Shown one piece after another: positions 1 through 13,524 of a DNA stretch of 64,000 nucleotides (the stretch's first letter is position 1; each line of letters starts with the position of its first letter). The DNA comes from Macrostomum hystrix (taxonomy: Eukaryota > Animalia > Platyhelminthes), in assembly GCA_950097015.1 (NCBI GenBank), contig CATNEN010000034.1, positions 806,001 to 870,000 on the forward strand. The letters run 5' to 3'. The notes beneath the pieces are model-generated. The model saw nothing but the letters and a program-made list of their open reading frames with translations, was not told the DNA's origin and ran no database searches. A program made the translations under genes and the position numbers.

Positions 1-2243
1 TTGTCTAGGCCTATGGCACAGCTGACATTATCAGCATAAAAATAATCAATTGAGTTGGAGCAAGGACATCTATATATAGCATCCATAATTAAATGAAATC
101 TTGTCTATTTTTATTTAACAAATAAAACTATAGTTATGCCACTAAATTTTCCTAATTGGTAAAGTTGGGGATTAAAGAAGAAAATGAGTATCCTAAAGTA
201 AAATAATATTAAATAGTAGTTTACTAAGATCAATAATGGTTTTCTTTCTAGTTCGAACTTTTCTACTAAATAGAACATTGAGCATTTCAAACTAGGTACC
301 CTAGTAGCTATGTTATAGTACCATATTTTCTACCATAGAGAAAACGATTAGCAAAGTTACCAAGTAACTAATAAATACGTGAAGCATGCAGAATGGTGAC
401 AAAATTGATACCGTATCAGATCGTCATTTATTTAACTCATAGCTAAGCTAAACTATAGATTTTTCGGAGAAAATGCTTTGGTTAACTTTAACTATGTTTT
501 GTGTAATGATTTAAACTAATTCGCACGAAAGCGCGTGTGCATTTTTATTTCAGAAACATAGACAATTTTAAACGACAAAGTAGTTATAGTAAAACTAGCG
601 CTTCTTTTAAGCGCACTTAATATACAAGCGTACATGAAAAATAAACGCTTTTAGTATACGTGGATGCATGCATATGATGCATCCATTTTCAGCAGATAGT
701 GGTGAACTCAAGGGCAGAATTTTACCATATTTAAAAAATGATAAAAATGAAGTAGATCGAGCTAGTGGATAAGAACTTCATTGTAATGGACAACCCTGGC
801 CTTGTATATGAAATATTTATGTTTTTGTCAGTAAAATTGCAGGTATTCTGTGGGGAAACTTGCGTTAGCTTGTGGTCTGTTTACAAAGATTTTAGCAGTT
901 TATTCTAAGTGTCTTTAGCAGTCTTTTCTAAATGATAGTGCTTGCTAAGTCGACCTGAATGATTTTTTAATTCAGCTAAACGATTACTCAGCTAGTATGT
1001 TGTGTACACCACTAGGACCACTTAGGACCACTAGGGGTCGACCTAGGATTAGGTCGACTCCGAATAGTCCTAGGTCAACAGCTCTAATTAAGTTTATATA
1101 ATTACTCAACCGAACAATCAGACTTAATCGCTAAAAAGGTGATGTACAATTAAGAATTCTTTAAGAAAGAAGAATGTACATGAACACGATGTCATTTTGT
1201 AGAATTAGGAATTGAAGAAGATCGATTGCGGAACCTGGATCAGCTACTGAGGTCATGTGACCCTGGCTACTTCCCAGAGTGGGAGAGAGAGAAGCCAGAA
1301 GCCGCTCCCTTGGGATCGCATTGACTGATAAGCTCCTCTCTCTTTTTGGTCCTTTCTCCAGTCGCGTCTATTCTAGAATCCCGTCTCGCCCTCGCCATCT
1401 AGTTTCTTCGCCTAATTCAGATACTGGCTCTCCTGAAGCCACAAGAGAGAGCGGACTAAAAGGCAGTTGCTGGGGGAATGGGGTTTATCGAGTTCGCGTA
1501 GCGCCACACGATCACTCTCTCCTTCTTCCCATCTGGTGCCAAACACAACAGCCTCTCCCGCCTGTCCTTAAACTAGACCGCCTCCCCGCGCCGGAGCTGT
1601 ACGCTTGTCCCCAACCCTACTCTCCCTCTCTTTCCTGTCCCCACTCGCTTTTGCTGTTACACATGCAAATTGCATATAGAGAGAGGGAGAGAAATCATTG
1701 GGTGCGGCACGAAACTTTCCCAACCCTTCCTTGCCACTCGCTGTACCCTCGCCGGTCCCGCTGCCCGTCTCCACTCCGTTTCTCCCCCGGCGCTCCAGGC
1801 AATCAGCTGAGGGCTTGGGTGGCCCGGACGCACACTCGCCCCTCTCCGCGTCTTCCTCGTCCTCCTCCCCTCTCGCCGCACTACTCCCCATGCCAACCCC
1901 TACTTTACTCCTCAAATAAACTTTGCTCGAGTCCCTCCCAAAAGTAGTCCGCTTCCCAAAATCAATACGAGACGTGTCGCCAGGCGCGCTTTGTCGATTG
2001 CCTCTTTCAAAAAGGGCTTTGGCCACCCAGCCTGTTCCGACAAGTTGTAGGTGGGTGAAGGGGCAGTAACAGACATAACAGAGATCGCATTTGAACACAG
2101 CCAGCCAGCTAGCCATCCGGTAAGTTGCTGCGCTTCTTTAAGTCAGTTAAACCTGAAAAAATCAATATGAGTTAATGAGTACCGACTCACAGATCTAGAT
2201 CAATGTGGATCTGGATGGCACTGCCGCATCTGGATGAAGCCTA

Positions 2244-2435
2244 CTAGATCTAGAAGAAGCGTCCTAGATCCAGAAGAAGCGTCCTAGATCTAGAAGAAGC
2301 GTCTTAGATCCAGAAGAAGCGTCCTAGATCTAGAAGAAGCGTCCTAGATCTAGAAGAAGCGTCCTAGATCTAGAAGAAGCCTTATATCTAGATCAGGATT
2401 AATCCTGCAGGATCCAAAGGAAGCGTCCTAGATCT
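2244..2435. repeat. 20-nt minisatellite (CTAGATCTAGAAGAAGCGTC)
   Basis: About 7 clear units, then degenerate; lies in the putative 5' UTR intron of the LRR-Ig gene. Confidence 0.9.
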
Positions 2436-2639
2436 CTAGAGAATTGCTGCTAGATCTTCTAGACTAGACGAATTCAGCTATATTTTCTATGCATCCAGAA
2501 CTAGACCTTGAGGAATCGTGCTTCACGTGGAAGAATAAGTGGAATGACTTTTTAATTCAGGCATTAATACAGAAAATATTTCAAAGTGAAAATGAACAGT
2601 CAATGAAAATATTTTCAGCAAGGCTCAAAATCTCTTCAA

Positions 2640-5600
2640 ATGCCGCTGCTGTCTTCGTTGATTTTCCTGCTGGCGTCGTGCCACGCTACCGTCGCCCTGC
2701 CACCGCCGCTGACGACCTCAACGCAGCCGCCTTGTCCAAATGCTACCCGCTGTCGCTGCGACTCAGGCGGCGTCGCCATCGTCTGCTCGAACCTCTCCGC
2801 AGCCGACTGGAGCCTCCTGGCCTCCGCCCGGCTGCCAACCTGGTCCAGCCTGACGGTCAGCTTGGCTCCTTCGATAAACCCCTACAGCCTAGCCGACCTC
2901 GGACCCGCCTGGCGCCGCGGCCAGCTTCGCAGGCTCCGCCTGACCGGCCGTTCGGCAGTCGACCTTGTCGAACTGCTCAGCCGCCGCAGTCAGGCCTGGC
3001 CGGGCCTGGCCCAGCTCGACCTGTCCGGTTCGGCCAGCCGACAGAACCAGCCGCTCCCACTCTCCTCTTTGTCTGCCGCATTTCCCGACCTCGTCCAGCT
3101 CAACATCTCCGCCTGTGGCCTGACAGGCCTCTCCATCGAGCCATTCGCTGCCAATCTAGCCAGACTCCGCAAACTCGATCTGTCAAACAATCCCCTGACT
3201 GTTGACCTCGATGACCTGCTAGAGCGTCTGGCTAATGTCACGACTGGCGGCGTCGGGTTAAACGAGCTGCGACTCTCGGCAAGCGGCCGGCTCGCGACCC
3301 GCGGACTGGTCAAGCACCGCAGCCTGCGCTTCGTTGAGTTCGCCGACTCGCCTAACCTTATCGGCGTCGAATACGAGTTCGTCCACTCGCTCAGCCGCCT
3401 GCCGAGCCTTAAAATTCTGCGCTTCGTCCGCTGCCCCCGCCTCACTCACTTCGAATGGAGCCCAGAACTGCGGCGACTCGGCTCTGTCGGCATCGTCGAT
3501 GGCGGCGCCGGCGCCTGGAACTGCAGCGACTGCGGCGTGGCCTGGCTTGGCAGCGGCATCGGCCACTCGGCCGCCTGCGCCGAACCAAAACGACTCCAGG
3601 GTCGCAGCCTGAGCAGCCTGAACTTTACGGCCGAGCGACTGGGCTGCCGGCCGCCCAGCTTTCTGAACTTCTCCAGCCGCGCTAGCTACGGCATCGGCGA
3701 CTCCGCCCGCCTGCTGTGCCGCGTGGCCGCAGAGCCGCACGCCCACGTGACCTGGGTGACCGGGAGCGGAGGCAACGTCACCTTCAGGCCGCCTCTGAGG
3801 GCCAGGTTGGTTTTGATTGCTAGCCCTCTGTCCTTCAGTTTCATTGCTCAGTCCTTCAGTTTCATTGCTCAGTCCTTCAGTTTCATTGCTCAGTCCTTCA
3901 GTTTCATCGTTCAGTCCTTCAGTTTCATCGTTCAGTCCTTCAGTTTCATCGTTCAGTCCTTCAGTTTCATCGTTCAGTCCTTCAGTTTCATCGTTCAGTC
4001 CTTCAGTTTCATCGTTCAGTCCTTCAGTTTCATCGTCCCTGTGTTTATGTCTATATTTTTTCCTTTGGTGTGAAAGTTCTTGATGGAACTAAAGTATACA
4101 GAATTAGCAAAAGTGCAGCCACAAATGGACTCTCCATTAGCTAGGCCGCACCTCATTAACGATTGTGATTCAGCTGGGCGCACATCCCCTCTGTATCTCT
4201 CAAAAGCAATAGCATTTTCCCATCGTCGCTCTGGGCCCGCTGATGCTGACAAATCGATGCGACACCTTCCCAATACCCCTGCCCGCCTTTGACAATCTCC
4301 ATTCCGCTATAACCTAAACCATATTCGACTTCTATTTATAGCAATTTCCTTTGTAACATTTTAGCAATTCCACGCGCGCTCTGCTCAAATTACAGGAATT
4401 AAACACTTGACACTTCAGTTTATCAGAGTTCAGCACTACAGTACTTCAGTACTTCATTTTATCAGAGTTCAATTCAGTCCTTTAGTTTATCAGAGTTCAG
4501 CACTACAGTCCTTCAGTTTATCAGAGTTCAGCACTACAGTCCTTCAGTTTATCAGAGTTCAGCACTACAGTCCTTCAGTTTATCAGAGTTCAGCACTACA
4601 GTCCTTCAGTTTATCAGAGTTCAGCACTACAGTCCTTCAGTTTATCAGAGTTCAGCACTACAGTCCTTCAGTTTATCAGAGTTCAGCACTACAGTCCTTC
4701 AGTTTATCAGAGTTCAGCACTACAGTCCTTCAGTTTATCAGAGTTCAGCACTACAGTCCTTCAGTTTATCAGAGTTCAGCACTACAGTCCTTCAGTTTAT
4801 CAGAGTTCAGCACTACAGTCCTTCAGTTTATCAGAGTTCAGCACTACAGTCCTTCAGTTTATCAGAGTTCAGCACTACAGTCCTTCAGTTTATCAGAGTT
4901 CAGCACTACAGTCCTTCAGTTTATCAGAGTTCAGCACTACAGTCCTTCAGTTTATCAGAGTTCAGCACTACAGTACTTCAGTTTATCAGAGTTCAGCACT
5001 ACAGTACTTCAGTTTATCAGAGTTCAGCACTACAGTCCTTCAGTTTATCAGAGTTCAGCACTACAGTCCTTCAGTTTATCAGAGTTCAGCACTACAGTAC
5101 TTCAGTTTATCAGAGTTCAGCACCACAGTACTTCAGTTTATCAGAGTTCAGCACTACAGTACTTCAGTTTATCAGAGTTCAGCACTACAGTACTTCAGTT
5201 TATCAGAGTTCAGCACTACAGTACTTCAGTACTTCATTTTATCAGAGTTCAATTCTACAGTCCTTTAGTTTATCAGAGTTCAGCACTACAGTCCTTCAGT
5301 TTATCAGAGTTCAGCACTACAGTCCTTCAGTACTTCATTTTTTCAGAGTTCAATTCTACAGTCCTTTAGTTTATCAGAGTTCAGCACTACAGTACTTCAG
5401 TACTTCATTTTATCAGAGTTCAATTCTACAGTCCTTTAGTTTATCAGAGTTCAGCACTACAGTACTTCAGTACTTCATTTTATCAGAGTTCAATTCTACA
5501 GTCCTTTAGTTTTCAGAGTTCAGCACTACAGTCCTTCAGTTTATCAGAGTTCAGCACTACAGTACTTCAGTACTTCATTTTATCAGAGTTCAATTCAGTC

Positions 5601-8600
5601 CTTTAGTTTATCAGAGTTCAGCACTACAGTCCTTCAGTTTATCAGAGTTTAGCACTACAGTCCTTCAGTTTATCAGAGTTCAGCACTACAGTCCTTCAGT
5701 TTATCAGAGTTCAGCACTACAGTCCTTCAGTTTATGAGAATTTTCTCCGAGTCCTTCAGTTTATCAGCATTTTTCTGAGGTCTGGAGGCCTTTTTCGGCG
5801 AAAAACGGAACTCTTTGAGATGGATCTGGGAAGAGATTTGGGTGTGGCCAAATTCCTAGAAATTTATCGATCTCATCTCCTTAACTGGCTATCCTCTGAG
5901 CCATTCCCTTGAGTTGGGGATGCACCAATCATTCTTTCCCTGCGATTTGCCTGCTCAAACGAGAGTTGATTTCCATCTTCCACTCACTCGCATTTGAGAC
6001 CTCAGCTCTCGGGCTGGTTACTCGTAAAAGTACCCGCTGTCGGAGAGATATTTACTGGAAAGGACTGAAGTGAGTATAGGAAGTGAAAGTGGAACTAACA
6101 CTTTCTATTCCTACTCGCAATCAATAATTGTTATTCTTCGGCTCAAATCGATGAATAAATTAAGGAAATGATAAAGTGTCTGTTTCCTGAATTTGTATTT
6201 CAGGTAAATAGCACCTCTAGGTCCTTGCTTTTATAGTTAGGAAGCCGTTGAGCTTATTTCGGCTGTTGCACCAAATACATTCAAGGACAAAAACTGAATT
6301 AAATACAATACATTGTCTAATCACGATTATCTACTCTCTAGTTTACATTGTCTAATCTCGATTATCTTCTCTCTAGTCTACGTTGTCTAATCTCGATAAT
6401 CTACTATCTAGTTTACATTGTCTAATCACGATTATCTACTCTCTAGTTTACATTGTCTAATCTCGATTATCTTCTCTCTAGTCTACGTTGTCTAATCTCG
6501 ATAATCTACTCTCTAGTCTACATTGTCTAATCTCGATAATCAACTCTCTAGTCTACATTGTCTAATCTCGATAATCTACTATCTAGTCTACATTGTCTAA
6601 TCTCGATTATCTTCTCTCTAGTCTACATTGTCTAATCTCGATAATCTACTATCTAGTTTACATTGTCTAATCTCGATTATCTACTCTCTAGTTTACATTG
6701 TCTAATCTCGATTATCTTCTCTCTAGTCTACATTGTCTAATCTCGATAATCTACTATCTAGTTTACATTGTCTAATCTCGATTATCTACTCTCTAGTTTA
6801 CATTGTCTAATCTCGATTATCTTCTCTCTAGTCTACGTTGTCTAATCTCGATAATCTACTCTCTAGTCTACATTGTCTAATCTCGATAATCAACTCTCTA
6901 GTCTACATTGTCTAATCTCGATAATCTACTATCTAGTCTACATTGTCTAATCTCGATAATCAACTCTCTAGTCTACATTGTCTAATCTCGATAATCAACT
7001 CTCTAGTCTACATTGTCTAATCTCGATTATCTACTCTCTAGTTTACATTGTCTAATCTCGATTATCTTCTCTCTAGTCTACGTTGTCTAATCTCGATAAT
7101 CTACTCTCTAGTCTACATTGTCTAATCTCGATAATCAACTCTCTAGTCTACATTGTCTAATCTCGATAATCTACTATCTAGTCTACATTGTCTAATCTCG
7201 ATTATCTTCTCTCTAGTCTACATTGTCTAATCACGATTATCTACTATACAGTCTTCAATCTCTAATCTCCACTATCTAATCCCTTTAAATTTCCTAATCT
7301 CTGTATTAGGTAATCTAGTGCTTACCCTCCAATCGGTTGTTTGGCAACAAGGCTGGGACAGGGATAGCAAAATCATGTTCCTCTATCATCCCGTATCTAT
7401 ATTTTTGCGTGTCAACGCTATAAAATGGGATATTTTTTATAACACACGGCGCTATGAAACAATCCGGGCGGAATCCTGTAAACAGAGCGACGACTGACCC
7501 CCGAGGCCATCGGCCGGTGGAAGGAGACAGCGCGCGATGGCGCTTAATTCTCAGGCTCTCATCCCATTAAACATTTCTCCCCCCCCATGCTCGCTCCTCC
7601 TTTGTTTAATCCCTATGAAGCAGAGGAAGGTCTTCTGGCAATCGATTGCCAGCTCAGATAATCCCAAACCACACAGCCAGCACGCACACACACACACACA
7701 CTCACACACACACACACTCACACACACACTGGTAATCCAATCACATGGTCAGCGCCAACAGAGCAGAGGCAGAGAGGGGAGCAGAACGCTCCCCTGTCCC
7801 ACCCTCTCCTATTACTCCAGCAAAACTGCTTGCCTGCATGCTAAACAAACCGACCCACGATAGCGGCCGCCTCTCCCTCCACCTACTGCACGCCGGTACC
7901 TGCTAGCTGCGACCTGTTTCAACCGCCCTGTACTCCTCCGATCTGCAGTCTGCCCTTATAAGTCCCTTCCTGCTCTCTTCCTGGTGTCTCTCTGGATTCT
8001 TACTGGTGTCTCTCTCTGGTATCTAACTGGTGTCTCTCTCTGGTCTCTAACTGGTGTCTCTCTCTGGTATCTAACTGGTGTCTCTCTCTGGTCTCTAACT
8101 GGTGTCTCTCTCTGGTATCTAACTGGTGTCTCTCTCTGGTCTTTAACTGGTGTCTCTCTCTGGTATCTAACTGGTGTCTCTCTCTGGTCTCTAACTGGTG
8201 TCTCTCTCTGGTCTCTAACTGGTGTCTCTCTCTGGTCTCTAACTGGTGTCTCTCTCTGGTCTCTAACTGGTGTCTCTCTCTGGTCTCTAACTGGTGTCTC
8301 TCTCTGGTCTCTAATTGGTGTCTCTCTCTGGTCTCTAACTGGTGTCTCTCTCTGGTCTCTAACTGGTGTCTCTCTCTCTGGTCTCTAACTGGTGTCTCTC
8401 TCTGGTCTCTAACTGGTGTCTCTCTCTGGTATCTAACTGGTGTCTCTCTCTGGTCTCTAACTGGTGTCTCTCTCTGGCCTCTAACTGGTGTCTCTCTCTG
8501 GTCTCTAACTGGTGTCTCTCTCTGGTATCTAACTGGTGTCTCTCTCTGGTCTCTAACTGGTGTCTCTCTCTGGTATCTAACTGGTGTCTCTCTAGTCTCT

Positions 8601-11600
8601 CTTCCTGGTGTCTCTCTCTGGTCTCTAACTGGTGTCTCTCTCTGGTATCTAACTGGTGTCTCTCTCTGGTATCTAACTGGTGTCTCTCTCTGGTCTCTAA
8701 CTGGTGTCTCTCTCTGGTATCTAACTGGTGTCTCTCTCTGGTATCTAACTGGTGTCTCTCTCTGGTCTCTAACTGGTGTCTCTCTCTGGTATCTAACTGG
8801 TGTCTCTCTCTGGTATCTAACTGGTGTCTCTCTCTGGTATCTAACTGGTGTCTCTCTAGTCTCTATTCCAGGTGTCTCAAAAATAGTTTCCAGCTCAGTC
8901 AACAAGCTGGCAGTGAATATTTTGTTCAAATTTTGTTTACTGATGGATTGTCAAGCCCATCCTAAACCGGCCGTTGACCAATTATGGCGCGCGCTGGCTT
9001 CGTTAAGCTGTCCCGGATTGCAACAGCTGCTCTAGTGTGTGCTTTTGTGGTATCGCATGTGCTGTGTGTGTGAGTTTGTGTGTTTGTAAGTTGCTCAGCT
9101 GTTTCTAGTACTTTAAGCAATACGAAAATATTTTACTCGGCGCCAGAGTTTCTTGAAGTCTTGCGTTGGCGGAAAGTGCACTTGAGATTAGTGTAGCTCA
9201 GAGGAATACTGCTTCGTGAGCAGAACTCAGCAATCGAGAATTTGCCATACTTTCCATTATTTGAGAATAGGCAGCAAAGCGTAAAGACCAAGGTGCAACT
9301 CCCCTGCCTGCCCCGCTGTCGCTTGAGAGTGTGAGGCTGCGGGCAAGGCAATGTCTGCTTCCGCTGCGAGTAAAGGAAGAGGAAAATAATCCCACACTTC
9401 AAGGACACTTAAATTACCTCAAATTTGAACTTGGGAATAGTATTCCCATTCCTAAACCCGCTGAAGTCTCGGTAGAAGGTTCGGGAGCACTTTTATAAGG
9501 AGATATAATTTGCGGCCTGTCAGGGTTGTGTTTTTAATTGGCGGACAAGGAATTATTACTGAGGGGAAAACAGAGCAGATGAGTAAGAAAGGCCATCCGC
9601 CTGACCGCATTTTACACGCCTCCAACCCCTATGTAAAAGTGCAAAGGAGCCAAGCCTGACAGTCGTAAACAAACTTATAGAAAAACAACACGAGAGACCT
9701 GCCAAAATTTATCTTACTTATAAAATTTTTTATCCCGCTTTAAGCATTGAATTTAAGCTACCCCACTCCACACCAACCTCACTTCACACCCACCTCACTT
9801 CACACCCACCTCACTTCACACCCACCTCACTCAATACACACCTCACTCCATACCCACCTCACTCCACACCCGCCTCACTCCACACCCGCCTCAATCCACA
9901 CCCGCCTCACTCCACACCCGCCTCACTCCATACACACCTCACTCCACAACCGCCTCACTCCACACCCGCCTCACTCCACACCCGCATCACTCCACACCCG
10001 CATCACTCCACACCCGCCTCACTCCACACCCGCATCACTCCACATCCACCTAACTCCACCGCAGGTACCACGCGCCAGCTGACACATTCACGAATACATT
10101 CCATGCGGAGCATCAATGGCACTGGAACACGCAGTACGAAGACAATAAAGCAGCCGAAGGTCCTGGCTCGTCGCGGGTTCAGGTACTCCAAGACGGCTCG
10201 TTGTACATTGATTACGTAACCAGGGCGGACGCTGGGCTTTACCGTTGCATCGTGGACAATGGCATCGGACCCGCTGTAGTAAAAGAGGTAAGTGGAATAG
10301 GAAATAAAAAAGAATTTAATTCAAATGATTTGATTGAAGTTAATAGACTGAGAATGCTCGGAGCCAGTTCACTGGAGTACAATTGTAACATACTACCATT
10401 TCCCCACGCCTTACACACAGCTGGTCTTCACTCTTAAGTACGAAGTACTACGCGAGGTGAAAAAGTACGGCATGATGGTTGGCGCATTGTGCGCCGCGTC
10501 GCTGCTCTGCATCGCCGGTGTCATCGGCCTCATTCGTCTGGCCGCTAGGAAATTGTCGGAGAAGGAGCGCAACAAGCAGAAGTCGATCAAAGAGATGCTG
10601 GAGCACCTGGAGGCATACAGGGGCGCCAAGATGGAGCAGCTACGCGAATGCAAGGACTGGTTCAGGACCTACCGGCACAACCAGTTGGACAACTGCAACG
10701 CCAGGGTTGGCAAAGTTAAGGAGGCCTGCATAGGTAACATGGTACTAATGCAGGAGCACTACAACAGGCGCATAGCCAAGATCAAAGATCACTGCGACTG
10801 CCAGATGGAGCGGCTGCGAGAGAGCTACAACAGCCAGATGAGCCGCATCAAGGACTACAAGTCCAACCAGGTCGGCCTGGGCTGCTGCCTGACTCCCTAA
10901 TAGTCCTTCCTGACCCCCTACTAGTCCTTGATTGACCTACAACTGATATTCATTCGACGCATAACGATTGATCCCTTAACAAGTGAAAGTTTATTTTAGG
11001 CCACAAAAATCCTGATTAAATCACTTAAGTAATGCTCAGGCTCAGCTTACTATTCTCTTTCTTTATTGAATGAGTCAAGGTGCCGCGAGTAACGCTAACA
11101 TAGGGAGGACATAATTAACGCCATACATTTTGAGCACTCTTAGCGTGATTTAGAATTCCCAAAGTTGTGAATAATCAACGACCAGCTACAGGAGCTAGAT
11201 AGGACGCCGATCAGTCAGGCAGAAAAATTGAGTACAGCAAGAGCTCCAAGGGAAAATTTATTATTCATTTGACAATGCTAGAGGGCGAGTCTCCAATCTA
11301 CTTTCTCGATGTCCAGTGTCTACTAGTAATGCACTTAAAAACCGTTTTGGAAAAATACCTGACCCATTCATAACCGCGTTTTGCTACTGAAAGTAGCGAG
11401 AAAGTATAGCACTGTCAACATCATTGAAGCGCTCACGCGTGCCCGCAGGTGGAGCGAGTCCGCGACCAGTACAACCAGCAGCTGCTGCGCATCAAAGAGT
11501 ACGCGGCCACGCAGCTGGAGCGACTCCGTGAGCAGTACAAGGCCCAGCAGGCCTACCTGCTGAAGGTGCTCGACTCCGTATCCATCGACAACTGCATGTC

Positions 11601-11946
11601 CGGCGCCGCCGCCGAGGAGCAGCTATTGAACTTCCGGCTAGACGTCACCCCGGACGTCAGCGACTCCGAAGACGCGCCGGTGCATGCCAACCTCACCACC
11701 CTCGCTTTTGCCGGCGACGAAGATGTCGAAGATTTTGTCACGGCCATCGGCGACGACGGCGACTCGCGTCTTGACCTCGGCGACGACGAAGACGACGACT
11801 CCGGGGTCTCCTCGCAGCGTATTGTGGTCGAGGCGGAGGTTCTGCCGCCACCGCCAGACGTCATTGTGTCGATGCCGAGGACCACTCTCAGCATTTCGCT
11901 GCCCGACCTTCAGATCAGGCCTGGCATCGCCGAGGAGGAAGTGTGA
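2640..11946 (+). CDS. LRR-Ig single-pass transmembrane protein (LIG family-like), 778 aa; join(2640..3805,10065..10287,10421..10870,11449..11946)
   Basis: Signal peptide MPLLSSLIFLLASCHATVA, then LRRNT (CPNATRCRC), LRRs (LAQLDLSG, LVQLNISAC, LRKLDLSNNPL) and LRRCT (WNCSDC...CAEPKRLQG). The Ig domain is split by intron 1 (LLCRVAAEPHAHVTW ... VLQDGSLYIDYVTRADAGLYRC). TM helix MMVGALCAASLLCIAGVIGLI. Introns are GT-AG with matching phases 2/0/0 and the total is 2337 nt. A probable 5' UTR exon ends at 2119 (GTAAGT at 2120, acceptor at 2618). Confidence 0.9.
3830..4035. repeat. 21-nt minisatellite (CAGTCCTTCAGTTTCATCGTT)
   Basis: About 10 units starting 25 nt after the 3806 donor. Confidence 0.95.
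4410..5768. repeat. 33-nt minisatellite (CAGTCCTTCAGTTTATCAGAGTTCAGCACTA-based)
   Basis: About 40 near-identical units in LRR-Ig intron 1. Confidence 0.95.
6310..7275. repeat. 35-nt minisatellite (TCTAATCTCGATAATCTACTCTCTAGTCTACATTG)
   Basis: About 27 units. Confidence 0.95.
7981..8878. repeat. 24-nt minisatellite (CTGGTGTCTCTCTCTGGTCTCTAA)
   Basis: About 37 units. Confidence 0.95.
9765..10058. repeat. 16-nt C-rich minisatellite (ACTCCACACCCGCCTC)
   Basis: About 18 units ending just before the 10064 acceptor. Confidence 0.9.
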
Positions 11947-13524
11947 CGGCCCAGCAATGAGACTGGAGAGAGCAACAACACCTGCACATCTACATTTCTG
12001 CTCGGCGAAAGTAGACTCTATATTCAATTATAACAAAGTCGACAGACCCAGTGAAGTAGAAAACTTATTTTGTGTAACATTGGTTAAGCACGCGGTAATG
12101 GAAACTCAATAATTTTTATTATCACAAAAATCGTTTGAATATTTTTAGTAAACGCCAACAATTTCTAGATTGAGTACATAATTATATATATACTGTTATA
12201 CTATTTATTTTCTATTATCAGCAAAATAATAAGAAAACTTGGAAAAGTATATGTTTTAATTATTAATAATTTTAAACAAATCTAAAAATGAACTTTACAG
12301 TATTATAACAACGATTATGATGTACAAAAAGTACAACAAACTATCGTGTTCAATCTTAGAATATTAATCTTACTCTCGTGTTTTAAAAGATGTAAACCAT
12401 AAAATATTATGCACTGTAAACTCCCCATTTGCACTTATACAGATTTATCGTGATAACAATAAGCTATTATCTTGCTGAACTAAATATTCATTCGTGCACC
12501 ATTTGTTGTGTGATTTTTATTTAAAACCAAAAAGCACGAATTGAAAATAGTCAGTTAGTGAAGTCGTGGCCTCTTCAGCATGCACTTTTAGTAGCTAGAG
12601 AAGCACCGTTGGACTTTCTGCTTATTGCCATGTCAGCACCCACTGCCCTAATAGCGAGTCGGTATTTTGATAAGTAATCTTTCAACTCTTTTCTGGTATT
12701 TTTTCCTTTCTACTGCACATTGTTATCGCAGCTGTAATACATTTTTTTCTGTGATTCTGAATTTTTATGTTGTTTATAACCAATTGCAATAAGGACTTCT
12801 GAAACTAACATCTCGACTTTGTAAGTTGCCCCTGTATTAAATCATGTTGTTTTTTATATCTAAAAGTCCCTATGCTAGTTTTTGACGTCCTTTTAGTTCT
12901 GAGCATAATTAATCGATCGATTTTCATATATTTACAGTCTAAATCGCATTATTGCACTCTATGGTCTATAGTCTGTATTTAACATGCGATAACTATCTTA
13001 TCGACTATTGTTATGATCTAGATTCTAGAATCTATAAAAGTGCACAATGAGGATTATCTTGATTTATGTCCTTGACGGTCGAGCTGACCCGAAAATTCTA
13101 GGATGTCCAAGCAGACCAAAAACCCAATTGGCGCCAATTTTACACAGTTGTCCTTCACTGTATATTTTGTTTTTTTCTTACTGTCTCCTGTTCTAAGAAA
13201 TCCGAAATTGTTGTTTTAGACAGTTTTCACAAAAAACATCACTTGAGTTTTTTTCGAGCTAAAAATAACATCCGCCTCACTAAGCGCCCACCCCAAAGTT
13301 GCTGCACATCTTGCTCTTAAGAGCTTTCTATGTATTGTTTTCTTTTTTCTTGTCCCAGATCGACTAATGAAAGCACCCCGGCTGTTAATCGTACTCTCAC
13401 AAAAAATAAACTCTAGTAGCCACGAGACCGTCATTCTATCCGATATATCTATCGATGGAATCTGATTTACTTACTAAGTTTTCGAAGACAACAAAAACAA
13501 GAAGACAACAACAACAATGATGGA

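Noticed and set aside
1037-1058. Isolated perfect hairpins (GTCGACCTA..TAGGTCGAC here; ATGTGGGAT..ATCCCACAT at 14120-14140; ACCCTAG.CTAGGGT at 60344-60358)
   Set aside because: Arms of 7-9 bp are expected a few times by chance in 64 kb, and there is no TSD, repeat family or other context.
1279-2116. 222-aa and 182-aa opposing ORFs upstream of the LRR-Ig gene
   Set aside because: The sequence is low-complexity and pyrimidine-rich with no motifs; it is better explained as promoter or 5' UTR ending at the 2120 donor.
2489-3746. Alternative-frame and antisense ORFs over GC-rich exons (also at 11553-12112, 22900-23595 and 26582-26995)
   Set aside because: They are shadow ORFs produced by high GC3 in the true frame.
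5765-6075. Unique island with a GTGAGT donor in LRR-Ig intron 1
   Set aside because: There is no start codon, good acceptor or recognisable peptide in any frame.
4407-8965. ORFs in LRR-Ig intron 1 (320, 309, 199 and 134 aa)
   Set aside because: They are translations of the 33- and 24-nt arrays.
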